Below, piece by piece: positions 25,549 to 37,732 of a DNA stretch of 64,000 nt. Made by a program: the position numbers and the translations under genes. This DNA comes from Tricharina praecox. Lineage: Eukaryota. The stretch's first letter is position 1. Each line of letters opens with the position of its first letter. Under the pieces are notes generated by a model. That model searched no databases, was not told the DNA's origin, and worked only from the letters and a program-made list of their open reading frames with translations. The DNA lies in NCBI RefSeq assembly GCF_024521635.1, contig NW_026250403.1, forward strand, positions 992,001 to 1,056,000. Reading direction: 5' to 3'.

Positions 25549-27113
25549 CTATACCAACCCCAAGACGAATCCCAACCCCACCCAGGATATGACCAATATC
25601 GCGATGCCATTTCCGATCGGCGTCATCGTGGGCGGCCCCGCACTGCAGATGTACCCCTGTTGCCGCCAATAATCGCAGCCCTGGCCGTCGGTGCCCTCGT
25701 CGACCACGACGGCGTTTCCATTGTCTATGAAACCCACGTATATAGTCAGCATCATTTCCTCCCGCACATCAATCATTCCTTCCAACTCTTTCCAAAAAAA
25801 AACGCAAAGCGCGCGTGGAGGGTATAATCCATCCTCAACAACCAGGCGGCACAAAATAATACCTGGCGAAGGAGACGGGGTATTTGTAGCGGCGGTCCCG
25901 CCGGCCGTCCTCGTGCGCGTAAAAACACCCGCCGTGACCACAGTCTGTGTGCGCGTGACCACGCCGCCGGCCACCATCGTGGTCTCCGTGCGGAAAAAAC
26001 GGCTCAGTGGCCGTCACGGTTTCAAGGATTGTAGTGGCTTCACGTATAGTGGTCGCTTCAGGAATCTCACCTCCCGTGACCACTGTAGTCCCGCCTGTAC
26101 CAGTGCCCGTACCTCCTCCTCCTCCTCCGGTGGTTCCCGTTCCGGTGCCAGTATCGCCTCCCGTACCCCCGCCAGTCGTGCCGCCGCCTGTTGCGCCCCC
26201 GCCCGTGAACGACTTGCCGTTGCACGTGCCGACGGGGTCCGCGCGTTTCCCCGCGTCGCCGGCGAACGCGACGTCTTCGCCCGCATCGGGGAATACCACG
26301 TCGGTGCCTGCGGCTGTGGTGCAGCCGTTGCCAACGTTGGCGACGAATACGGCCGGCCCAGTGAGCGCCCGCTTGATCCGTGAGCTGCCGCCCGTGATCG
26401 TTACGACGGCGCAGTTCATGTACCTACCCGCCAAAATCGAGTGTTAGCAAACCGGGGAGTAAAGGAACATGGAATGAAGACGGAGACGAACATTTCCCGA
26501 TTTCCTATCTGATTAAACCACGTCCTTTGGCGCGAAAACAAACCGCGTTAGCAAGCAATCATTTCGAGAACGGAACATCTGTCTGGCGGGCGGGTGGGTG
26601 GTATCTAATTACATACCATGCAAACACCGCCGTGCCGGCCGGCGTTCCCTGGGGAATAGTGAACTGGAAGGCGCCACCTCCACTGGCATGGGGGCAGTCT
26701 CCAATGTACGATTTAATAACCGTGTACGAGACGCCCCCGTCGAACGACAACGACACCTGGCACGACCCGCCGCCGTGCGCCGCTCCTCCGTCAATCCTAC
26801 AAATTACCATGATGTTAGAGGCGGTTCAAACATGCAGGTAGGAACGGAAAGGAACAAACTTGAGATCATAAGTCCCACCGGGCGCATAGTCCCTCACACT
26901 CGCACCCTCGGGCGTGTCGAGATCCTTCAGGTGGCCGCGGCACGGATAGTTCGAGCCGGACGGCGACAGCGGCGCGGTGTAGTCGAAATCCGCCTTTGCC
27001 GTGTTGTAGTGCGGGTTGGTCTTGTAGTTTATGGGCGGCGGCTCCGACATCACCATGTGTGCCGCGCACTGCGGTGCGAAGAGGAGGCATAGCAATAGTA
27101 GAAGGCCGAGCAT
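25549..27113 (-). CDS. AA11 lytic polysaccharide monooxygenase (chitin-active type) with G/T-rich linker and GPI-anchor-like C-terminus; apparent +1 frameshift at 25994-25999
   Basis: Signal peptide followed by His1 'AA|HMVMSEPPP', 'APLSPSGSNYPCRG', 'AAHGGGSCQVSLSFD', 'FAWTWFNQIGNREMYMNCA', 'GPAVFVANVGNGC...DVVFPDAG'. Introns at 26797-26859, 26525-26616, about 26424-26490 and 25725-25862. Confidence 0.88.
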
Positions 27114-30109
27114 CGAAGTGGTCGTTGATCCGCCGGAGAACGGGCCGCGCCGAGACGTGGTCTGAGACATGCTTGTTTTCGGTTCGGGCCGATGTGGTGC
27201 AGGGCTGCGTGTAACGCTGCGGTGGTCCGTCCACTCTTACTATCGATAAGGGAACGGGGGGGACGGGACAAGGTACAAAAAGGAAAAGTAACCTGAGCGA
27301 GCGAGTGAATAGAATAGGGACGCTCGGAGGGCGGGAGCAAGCGACAGCGTACTCCTATAAAAACCAGCAACCACAAAGGCGTATCTATATGGTTTGGCGA
27401 ATGAATGGGGAGGCCCTTGGAGGATCGGAGAATGGGCGCAACGACGAGAGAGGGCAACGGACAGACGATATGGGGGCGGCAGTGAATTGTTGACGTGGAA
27501 GATTGCGTAGAGGGCCGGGGCCGCGTTCGCAGCAGCTGGAAAGAAGAAGGGCCTCGAAGTATCAATCAAGGGGAAGTATTTCCTTTGGGTAGGAAACCCG
27601 ACAGCCGGCAATCAAGACAGACGTGGTATGTGGTGAATAGCTGACGATGTGTGTGGACGGGTGGTGGGTAAACAAGAATAGAAGGGGGGATGACGGACGA
27701 TTGCTCTGCGGTCAACACAGCGCAGCAGAATCAGAAGGGGGTGGTGGGCCCGGAGAGTTTGGAGTGCGGTGATGCTCTCGAGCGAGACGGATATTTTCAA
27801 ACAGCTGGTTTATGTATGACACGAACAGATGGTTTAAACAAGATGACGCTTTTCCTTCCGCCCCAACCCCTCCCCCGTCCTCTCGACGGTCTCCCTTGTC
27901 CGCGCGCTGCCGCTCCCGCTCTGCTGGCTCTCGTCATAGAGATCGTGTGGCAGAGATACGGACGGAGCCAGAGCAGAGCCAGAACGGCACCAGAGCCGGA
28001 GCCAGAGCCGTAGCCAGTGCGAGGCCTGCGCTGTGATGGGCGAGGGGCGAGATCTCTGGTGAGCGCTGTTACTTCCCCGCAACGGAGTATGCCAACCAAG
28101 TTCGAAGTACATTAGAGCGAGCTGTACCTGAGCGAGCCGACACCTACGTTTCGCGACACAGCCCCTCCGGATCGCCCTGAAGCGAAAGCGCACCACCTCC
28201 CAGCGGACCGGCGAGAGCGTTGACAGCAACCAGCTGCGCCAGAAGGAGCAGGCTCAAGCCGGCGAGAAGAAGAAAGAAAAAAAGGGTGGCAAGCGTCATG
28301 GGCGAGTCAGCGCTGGCCATCCTCCAGCGAATCTCCAGCGAATGTTCGCTGTGATGAGCTGGTCTCAGGCTGGTCCGCTCTGGGCCGCACATATGCTGCA
28401 ATATGCGTGTCTCCCCGCGGCCCCACCGCGTGGAATTTCCCGGGGGATCGAAACAAAGCAGGAACCGCGGGCTACGACTGGTGGCAGATCTGGACCTCGT
28501 TCCTGTCGACGAAAAAGGCTTATGTCCAGGAACGACGTGTACACGGCGTGGGGAGGCTTACAGTTGTTAGTTTGGACCCTGCATGCGTGATCGTCCAATA
28601 GCGTTGCGAGCTGGGAATGGGACCACGTGCAAAGAAAAATCAATAAGCCTTCTTCGCACGCATATCGCTGAGGCCATAAAAAAGAGGACAGGGCGGTCGA
28701 GGTGATTGCAATGGCTGCGGTGGTCGCGGTGGTCGCGGGCGTGGTGGTGGTGGGGTACTGGAGAACTACCGGCCTAAGCAGCTCCACGTCGGTGGAGGGG
28801 TTTGGTTGGCCGTCGGGCCAGTCGTCTCCCTCAGTGGCTCGGTTGCCAGGCCAGGGCCACAGTCCTCGTTGACGTTTGGCTGCGCGGTCTCGTCTCAACC
28901 CTCGCACCCCCACCACTAGCAAAGGAATTGAGACGAACATTTCGTTTCTCGGGCATTGGGCGTGCAGTTGTTTCGCGCGATTGATTTTTTCGCTGTTCTG
29001 ATAGCAGAAAGGCTCGGCGCAAGATGATGTCGCGTTACGGTGGAAAAAGAGGGCTGCAGAGTTGACCTCGCCCCTAGAGTAGCTCGCTGCCAGCTGCATC
29101 ACCACCACCACCGCCGCCGCATGTATGTACAGGCGGCTGGAGCTGCATGGCGTGCATGCATGTATGGCGAGCGAGCGGTAAACGGAGGTCTCCACACGCG
29201 ATTCTGCCTGTCGACGTGTCAACGAGAGAAGCGTCGAACAAACCATCTGCTTTCGCACAGCGCCAGGCCAGAGAGGAGAGATGGATGCAATGTCATTTGC
29301 AGGCAGGCTCTTTCGATGGCCACACGCACATAGGTAAGCGGTCCGTAGAGCACCTACAGTTGGAGTAAAGCGTAGAGTAGACTTCGGCCAGGAACGAACT
29401 AAACTGCTTCCAAAGAGTGGCCGATGGAAAGATGGGCCCGGAGAACGAAGAACTAGGCCTTTGGGGAGCTCGGTGAAGAGAGAGCGAGAGGGAGAGAGAG
29501 ACAAACGGGGTGGCGGGTGGCGAATCTCGACCATCTACAGTTCCATCGAGTCATAGGTTGCAAACAGAATCATCGCCCATCAATGCTGGTTGTACTTATC
29601 ACAGCAATTCCGTGGGCCCTCCGAGGGCCCGTGGTCACTGATGGGCTGTCCTGGTCAATGGAGGCGTGTGTTGGGCCATGCGGAGTGGGCGGTGGCTCGG
29701 AGCGACACGAAGTCCAACATGCCAGGTGGGTATCAAGTACAGTAGAGTACCGTACCTACACTCGGTAAATAGCACTCATCTCCCGTCGGACAGCGGGCCA
29801 TTGCTAGCTATGCGCTCAAGCACCTGCTGTGCATGCGTCGTTTTTGTTCGTGGACAAAGGGCAGACCGAGGGGCAGTATTGCGGCAGGTGTGGTGTGGCG
29901 TACCAGTAAGTAAGTAAGTGAGAGGTGAGTATCGTGCCATGCATGCAGTTGATGTGGGGGGCCACTTATGCAATTGGATCTGCGAGGCGGTCTCTGGGCT
30001 CCCCCATGAGGCGGAACGAAAGCTTGTCTTTGACACCGTCCGCTGTAAAATGCACGTTGAATCACTCTGCACTGGATACCATATGTAACTGATTTCCGTA
30101 TGCGTCTGA

Positions 30110-30390
30110 CGCTGTATTCGTATGTACGGTAATGACTTCACGATGCTTCATTCCTCGCTGTATTCGTATGTGCGGTAATGACTTTACGATGCTTCATTCC
30201 TCGCTGTATTCGTATGTGCGGTAATGACTTTACGATGCTTCATTCCTCGCTGTATTCGTATGTGCGGTAATGACTTTACGATGCTTCATTCCTCGCTGTA
30301 TTCGCATGTACGGTAATGACTTCACGACGCTTCATTCCTCGCTGTATTCGCATGTACGGTAATGACTTCACGACGCTTCATTCCTCGCTG
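30110..30390. repeat. Minisatellite, 6 x 46 bp
   Basis: Unit CGCTGTATTCGYATGTRCGGTAATGACTTYACGAYGCTTCATTCCT starts at 30110, 30156, 30202, 30248, 30294 and 30340. Confidence 0.97.
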
Positions 30391-30535
30391 CCGTGCGACG
30401 TCGCGGATATGTACACTACTAACTGGAAACAGGTATTCCATCAGGGACGAGTTTCGCCTCTAAAAAAGAACAAGAAAAAAAGATGGCCTGGTGTTTGTTC
30501 ACTTAAGGAACACTCCCGAAACCCCCATCCTCAGC

Positions 30536-31833
30536 TCACTCCTTCGCTCTCGGTATCTTGACAGCAATCCAAAATTCACACTCATAGACCCACTTCAGCA
30601 TAGCGCCCTCTCCGTTGCCAATGTACTCTCCGCAGCTCCCCTTCTCCCTCTTCTCCAGCCTGAACCCGATATTCCTGGCGACTTCCAGCACCTCCTCGAC
30701 CGTCAACTCGACACCCTGTGCATCCTCATCAGCAGCCTTCAGATCCGCCTCACGATTTTCCCAATGCCACAGCAGGGGGCCAAAATTGATCCAGACGCCC
30801 CCGTCGACCAGGACGCGGTGAATCGTCTCTAGGTACGAGAAGATGTTGACGGCAGTATCGATGAAGAAGACAGTGGCGACGACGTCGAACGCACTCTCGG
30901 AGGCGGCGTTGTTGTACGCGGACACGAAGTCGCCCGCCGTCATCGAGAAGCGGTCCTCTTCTGCGGCGCGCGCCAGCAGCGCCGGCGGGTGCACGTCCGG
31001 CACCGCTACCCCGCGCAGCTGGTTCGTCCTCGACCGGTGGTTCGAGAAGGAGTTGATGAACGGGTGCACTGTGTGTTGCCGCGCCGCGGACGTGCAGTTC
31101 AGGACGTAGTTCGACGCCATCAGCTGGTGGAACGAGTTCTCGTTGCCCTGCGCTGCGTAGCCCGCCACGACAATGTCGTATGCTAGCCGGCCCAGGCCGG
31201 CCCCGGGCACCAGCACCGAGATCCGGCCCTTTTCTGCCGGCGAGAGGTGCCCGAACCGCTGTGAGAGCGCCGCCATCACCGGTGCGTAGCAGACTTCGCG
31301 CTCGGATGCGCCCTCCGCACTCCAGTCGCGGTAAAACTGCTTCAGCGTGCTCCGCACCTTGTCGACGTCCTCGGCTGTGACGTTCATCAGCCAGTCCTTG
31401 CGACTGAGGATCTCCGGCTCGATTCCGAACGCTTCGATGGAGTGCCGGAAGATGGCTTCGGCCAGTTCCGCATTGTGTTCTATCGCTTCATCCAGACGGC
31501 CGAGCGTGGCCAGGTAATTGATTGGCTCGGCGGACAGGACCGATTGCTGGTACCGTGGCAGCGCGTGGAACTGATGTCGGCGACGGTGGGTTAGGTTGCT
31601 GTGAGCTGTTTGCCGGTAGAGGCTGCCGGAACGAGAGTTGAGTTAGCCAGGAGCAGAGGTGTAAACGCGGGGAGGGACGAAATGACGGACTGGTAGGCAC
31701 CCAGTGTGGAGAGAACCGTTTCGAGCTCGGTCGACGAGGAAACATCGCTGAGAGGCTTCTGGAGGTCGGTCGGAATGTGGAGCTTCTCCTCTGACTCAGA
31801 CTCCTCCGAGACCTCGTGTGGATGACCAGCCAT
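30536..31833 (-). CDS. N2227-like SAM-dependent methyltransferase (carnosine N-methyltransferase CARNMT1/YNL092W family); 2 exons
   Basis: 'DKVRSTLKQFYRDWSAEG..ER', 'VLVPGAGLGRL', 'QGNENSFHQLMASNYVLN', 'FSMTAGDF', 'TVFFIDTA', 'GGVWINFGPLLWH'. Intron at about 31623-31690. Confidence 0.92.
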
Positions 31834-32363
31834 GGCGGAATTGCGGTTGTCAAGCTGCGGCGGGGTGGGACTTGACTTGGCAGCGGGATAAAGTTGATCC
31901 AACGTGACCACCTACCACGCTACCGTTACTACATAGAGTACCAACCCCTACCCTAGGTAGGCCACTTGGTGCTTGCCAAAGAGTCGATCGCCTACATGGT
32001 ATGATGATCTCCAGGTAGAGTGTTATCCAGATCACCGAGTGCACGGTGCTTTGACACGCTCCTGCCCACCAGAGGTTCTTTGTCTCCACACTACCTATGT
32101 CACTAGTATGAAATGAGCCTGCAACACATGCTTTTTCCTACTCATGTCACTCCACGATTCCCACAATCACACCGGATCAATAATGATTCTTTGTTTGCCT
32201 GGCCTTTCATGCTCCACTGAAGCCTTGTTTCCCTTCCGTGGACGACGCGGTCATTTCCGCCGATGTAAAACTTCTTTATTAGGATACGGCATATATAACA
32301 GTATGGACAACCCTCAAACTTCCCCATTGTTCACGACTACGACACCGACATCTACACCTAGCA

Positions 32364-34285
32364 ATGTCGAAGTCGAAGTCGAAGTCTCACGGCCTGAGCG
32401 AGCTATTTGCCCCCGTGGGGAACTCCCGACCCCACGGCCCGCGTTACGCCTCGTCCTCCCACGAGCGGTACCTGCCTTCGCGGGCATTCACGGCGGAGGA
32501 GCAAGCGGCCGCCGTGCGGCTATTCGAGCTGGAGCACAAGCGGGTCAACGAGGGGCTATCGGAGCAAGAGATGGTGCAGCTGACACTGGCTCAGCAGCGG
32601 GAGCGGGGGCTCTGGATCGGGCGCAAGGACCGGCATCGCGCTGATCCACAGTTCGATGGGTGGAAACAGTGGTGTCGCCCTGAGGAAAGAAGGGATGAGC
32701 GTGCGGGAAAGGTTAGGGCCGCTGGGGTCGCCGGGAGTGTTACTGTCAGGGAGTATCTGAGGGACTGGAGACTTAAGGGGGCGGCCCTGAGGCCTGGCGC
32801 AGAGATCGATGCGAGTGTTTCCGTGCCGAAAAGGATCCAGAGGGGATACGAGGAGGGCAGGTTTTTCCCACATGCACAGGTCCCGGAAGTCATCATGCAT
32901 GATGCCCAGCATGAGCATCCGTACTTGTTTGAGCAGGACGTGGTGGGATGCAGCTACGCTGAGAAGTGGGGAAAGGATTCGAATGTGGAGGATAGAAAGA
33001 CGGCAAGGCCGGAAGTCAAGGGCCGTGGGACCTTTGGGTGGAGTTGGAGGCAGAGGAGGTTGGTTTGATTGATGCCCACTCGTATTTCGAAAGTGAATAC
33101 TCACGTTGTTCTAGGTCGTTTGTCCGGAAGTTGGCCCTCATACGCATCATGTTCTTGTTTCTGCGCTCGGAAATGATTCGAGGCGGCGGCGATGATCAGC
33201 CACTCGTGACGGCTCCACACATGGTACGTGCGAATATCCCGCTTGGTGTGATTGGGCTCTAACTAATCTTCATCAAGAGCTACCTGTATTCCAACTACGT
33301 AAAGGCCACTGACGAGAATCTCAACTTCGGACCATGGGCAAGCGTCGAAGACATGCTTCGGGCGGTCGTGTCGCGGAACTTACAATACTGGAAGGGAATG
33401 GATGCGTATGCCCTGAACGCAGAACGAGTGCGAGACAACAAAGGGCGATCAATCCGAGCGCTATTAAACCGCCCGGCTTTGCCGAATGGACTGACAGCAT
33501 TGGCAAATGTGAGGAGTAATTTTCACCGAGCATATACGCGCAGACCCAAGCTCGATGCGATCCGCGGGAACGAGCGGGAGCTGTACGCAGACAACAAGCG
33601 CTTCGTGCTCTACCTGTGGAACGACATCCGGTCCTGCCTGATGATGAAGGACACGCGCATCGTCGGCCTGGACAACTTCCAGAAGTCGATGTATGCGCCG
33701 TACAGCGTGGCGATCGCAGACCTCACTAACCAGTACAAGCCCGACGCGAAGAACGTCTACTACGACAAGGACGACTTGAAGAAAAACGCGCCGTTCAAGA
33801 TCCCGGAACGATATCTTTACCCGGTGCGCCGCGGCACGAAGAGAGAACCCCACTATAAGGACCGCATAGATAAGCGCGGACGCATGGAGTACGGCATGTT
33901 CGCCTTCCACGTCCGCAAGCTCCAGGAAGTGCACGACGAGGAGTACGGCGAGATCACGATGGAAGACCTGCAGTACGGCGACCGCTACGACGACGTCGAG
34001 AGCGAGCACGACCGCCCGCCACAGGTCCTGAAAGACCCCAGTGCTAGGAACAAGATGTGGGCAGACGAGGGGCTGCGCGACGAGGCTGAAGATTGGTTCC
34101 TGAGACCCGTATTGCTCCTCGTCAACCAGTTCGTCGAGACCTATCTCGCAGAGGACAAGACCGTCAAGTGGCTGGAGCCCGAAGTCGCGCAACATCTGTT
34201 GTACCCAACAGATGTGCCGACGGAGCAGGATATCATAGATAATGTTCCTCCTAGTTGGAAAGTGCCGGATCAGTACTGGGTCTAG
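32364..34285 (+). CDS. Hypothetical protein, about 603 aa, 3 exons (introns 33059-33114 and 33224-33277)
   Basis: Two GT-AG introns of 56 and 54 nt with branch-like CTCAC/CTAAC join three ORF-track frames in exact phase (695+109+1008 nt). Exon 3 has strong GC3 codon bias. No family recognised. Confidence 0.75.
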
Positions 34286-36940
34286 GGAAATGAATACTGG
34301 CAGGTCGGGGAGGTGCGTGTTATTGGTCTACGGACGTAATACTACATAGGTACCTACCTCGAATGATGGGAGTTTTTCTTCTTCTTTGACTAGGGAGTTA
34401 AAAAAAGATTGTTCTCTTTGTCCAGGGAAATAAGCACGATTGTTCTCTTTACCTTTCGAACCGCTTGTATGATACTATGCCTTGTTTCTTGACCTCTCGG
34501 TCCCGGTGAATCGTGATTGAAGATTGGATCACCCACCATCACACGGCTGGGCGTGTTCCCAGCGTCGACGATCCGCAAGTGCGTATGCAGCCACCCAGAA
34601 GCCAAGTTGGTATCCACCTCGCCACCGTGATTTCAACGTAGCTACCCACTCAGCCACCCGCCCACCTCGACACGCCCATTTGAGCTGGCGAGGATATCAT
34701 GAGCTCGCTGTCGCTCGGAGAACATCACATACGGTAGATAATGCAAGACAGCCCTCCTGAGCCCACAGCGTAGCTACTAGAGTAGGTACCGTATAGTTCA
34801 AGGAGGGTTAATAAAAACGGTGTTTCCTACTAGAAAGATATCGTATCGGTATCAGAACATAAAAAACACGTACATATTTGACCGTAGGTACTGATGCCAT
34901 ATCACTACGATTTTCTTAAAGATGTGGTATCCCCTGGATCGTAGCTCGTTTCCGGTCAATGTATCCTTTAAAATACGGATTTCCCAACTCTGACAGTCCC
35001 TCTAATTAGCCAGCTACCCCTTCACTATACAGTAATTAGATGGACCTCATCTCTGCGATCTCCTATTGATGATTATCTTTTCAAGGTTTGGTTATGTCCC
35101 TTGCCGAGTGAGTGAGTGGCGACAAGCTTTCCGGACGATACGATTTTGACCGATGTTTGGCCGATTGACAGCTCAACCATGAGCTCAACCATGAGGTTTC
35201 TACAGTCTAGAGAACCTAGGATTATCTTCGCCTTGCTGTACTACGGGCTCTGCGTAATGCTCGTTAAGTAGTTGGCCTTTTCTGTGTGCGGTCACAGCTC
35301 CCTCAACATCGTAGTTTTGGTCGAAAATCCGAATTTTTGAACAGCCACAACTCAGGTACATACATAAATACCAAATCTTGTACATTTTTGACTCTGATAG
35401 GTAACTCGACATCATCTGATGAGCCCCAAATGATCAATAAGGGGTTATAAGAAATATTCCCAAAGTTTTGGGATATTTCTGCACATTGTTTTTCGCATCT
35501 TGAAGGCATTTCTCTCCTTAACTAGGTACCTAGGATGGGAACACCTAAATTGAGGCCAGAATTATCACTTGATATATACCAGGATATGTGAACTTTGAAC
35601 GGATCAACTTTGGTTGTATACAGCCGTACGGTTGCTGAGTTGTGGACTCACGCACGTTCAAAAATGGCCCGGGGAGCACAGTAACGGCATATCTACGATC
35701 TAGGGGAGGTATATGTACTATACATGTTACCGCCTCCCTCTTCCCCAGCTGCAGAAGCGAAAAAGACAGGCTTGCCACAGGCTCACAGCTAGGTAAGTAT
35801 ATACCGCCACCATGGCCATGGACATCCATCCACGCAGATCGCCGTCCACTGCAAGATAAGCTACTGCTACTGTATGATAACTATGATATGATACAACCTT
35901 GTTATCCGAGTTCACAAATGCACGGTGGGTACTGGGTGCTGATTGCTGGGTGGGTGGTATCTGGCCGGTGACATATGAGCAGAGAAAGGCAGCTGCGGGG
36001 AGCTCACACGTGCGCTTCAGACAGCGTCCTGTTTGTTGATGCTCCGGGTTGATATTGCACCCACCACCACCACCTTCCGGCATCCGCCAGAACCAACTGA
36101 ACCAACAGATCATCTCAGCAGCCAGCTTCACGGTCACCGACTCACTGGCCGAATCGAGGGCTTGTACGTGGTCGCAGACAGCAGACAGCAGACAAGGGCG
36201 GAGACAATGAGGGACGGAGGATTCCGAGCGGGGGATGTCGTGAAGCATACACGAACGCGGGTGGGGTGGGGGGCTATGTACGACCTGCCGTCTCTCACGA
36301 GCCACCGCCATATGGCGGAAAAGCACGCGATATACCTACATACATTCATACATACATGTTCTTGGCGGCGGCGGAAAGTGCGGTGCTGAGCTGGAGCACG
36401 GGATATTTCGACATCTGGAGCTCATCCCGTAGGTGTTTCAGACTACCAAACTACCCACTATCTATGATACGGCCATCGTTATCCGCGGAACCGAAATCCA
36501 CTTCCTTTTTTTTTGCCGCTTCTCTCCGCGTTTACTTCTTTTTTCTCTTCTTCTTCTCTCATAAGAGAGGGGGGGTGCTCAGTCCCGCTACTATGGCTAC
36601 GCAGGGGGGTCAACGTCCCAAAGATCTCGTAGAGAGGATGCTTGGTTTGGGTTAGGTGGGCTGTATAAAATTCATGGGTAGTTGGCCCCGGTTTACTCCA
36701 GTTACAGCAGCTTTTGGATGTGGCCGGGGAGGAGGAGGAGCTGCAATGCTATATTGCTATAAATATTGGGTTAATCCATTGGTATTCGGACAGACCGAGG
36801 TGGCGGCACTGGGGGGCTGTTTGAAGACCAATGAGTTCGTCGAGAAGTGAAACATAGATAAGTCTATCGTGGGGTGGTGGTGGAGGTGGTGGTAGTGGTG
36901 GTTCGTGCGCCAACTATACACCACAAGGGTACATTCCCAA

Positions 36941-36950
36941 GTCACGTGAT
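36941..36950. promoter_or_regulatory. GTCACGTGAT (Cbf1-type E-box) about 790 bp upstream of the sulfate permease
   Basis: Matches RTCACGTG. Function is not shown. Confidence 0.25.
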
Positions 36951-37732
36951 ATTGCATGACCACACCCAACATCTAGGGACAAGCTCAGGACCAAAAGCTT
37001 GATTTCGCATTCCCCTGTGCAGTAATCCCGGGCCCCTACATAGATACAGTTTCTGTTGTTCGCTCGCTCGCCAAACAACCAATTATGGCGGTTTCGTGGT
37101 TGTTTGCTAGGGTGGCGGGGCGTAATGGAGATGCAATATTGCGTGCTCGCCTCCCTGCGTTTGTGTGATATTACAACACTCAGAATGATAGTCGACTACA
37201 ACACCTTCTTTGAGCCAATCTGGTCGGTAAAACTGCAGCAGAAACATGAGCTAAGTAAATGTGTAGCTATTACTCGAAACCACCGTACTGGTGGGAGCTC
37301 TGGCTGATTGACGAAAGTTGTAGATCATGCTCCGGCCATACGGTAGCATGGTCCCAGACTCGCAGGCCCGCAGAATCGCAGTGCCACCGCAGTTGTGCCC
37401 ACCCACCTCCCCCAATACTCCTACGCACCACCGCGAGCTTCCTACCTTGAACCCACCCGCGTTTGGCACTGGCCTCTCGCTTGCTCTCTGCCGGCCGGTG
37501 ATGACCGTAGGTTTATCCACCTGGCCCACCTCGAAATCCCGCTAAATTCAACCTCCTCGAAATGGGGGTTCTCGCGGGGACGCAAATTACCACTCCCCCC
37601 CTCCCAAAAAGCCGTCATTTATCAGTTGAATAGAATATTCCGGGGAAGCAGTAGCAGTACAAATACCATGCGCTCCCGCGTAAAGTTTGGAGGAGGCTAT
37701 CAAGCTCCGGAACAGTCAAACAGACCACGATC

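Noticed and set aside
28365-29534. 389-aa minus-strand ORF
   Set aside because: It has a GTG start, no codon bias or motifs, and runs through microsatellite-like sequence. It is probably spurious, though a decayed gene in 27800-29500 cannot be excluded.
30110-30390. 46-bp array as a CRISPR array
   Set aside because: There are no unique spacers or cas genes and the context is eukaryotic. It is a head-to-tail minisatellite.
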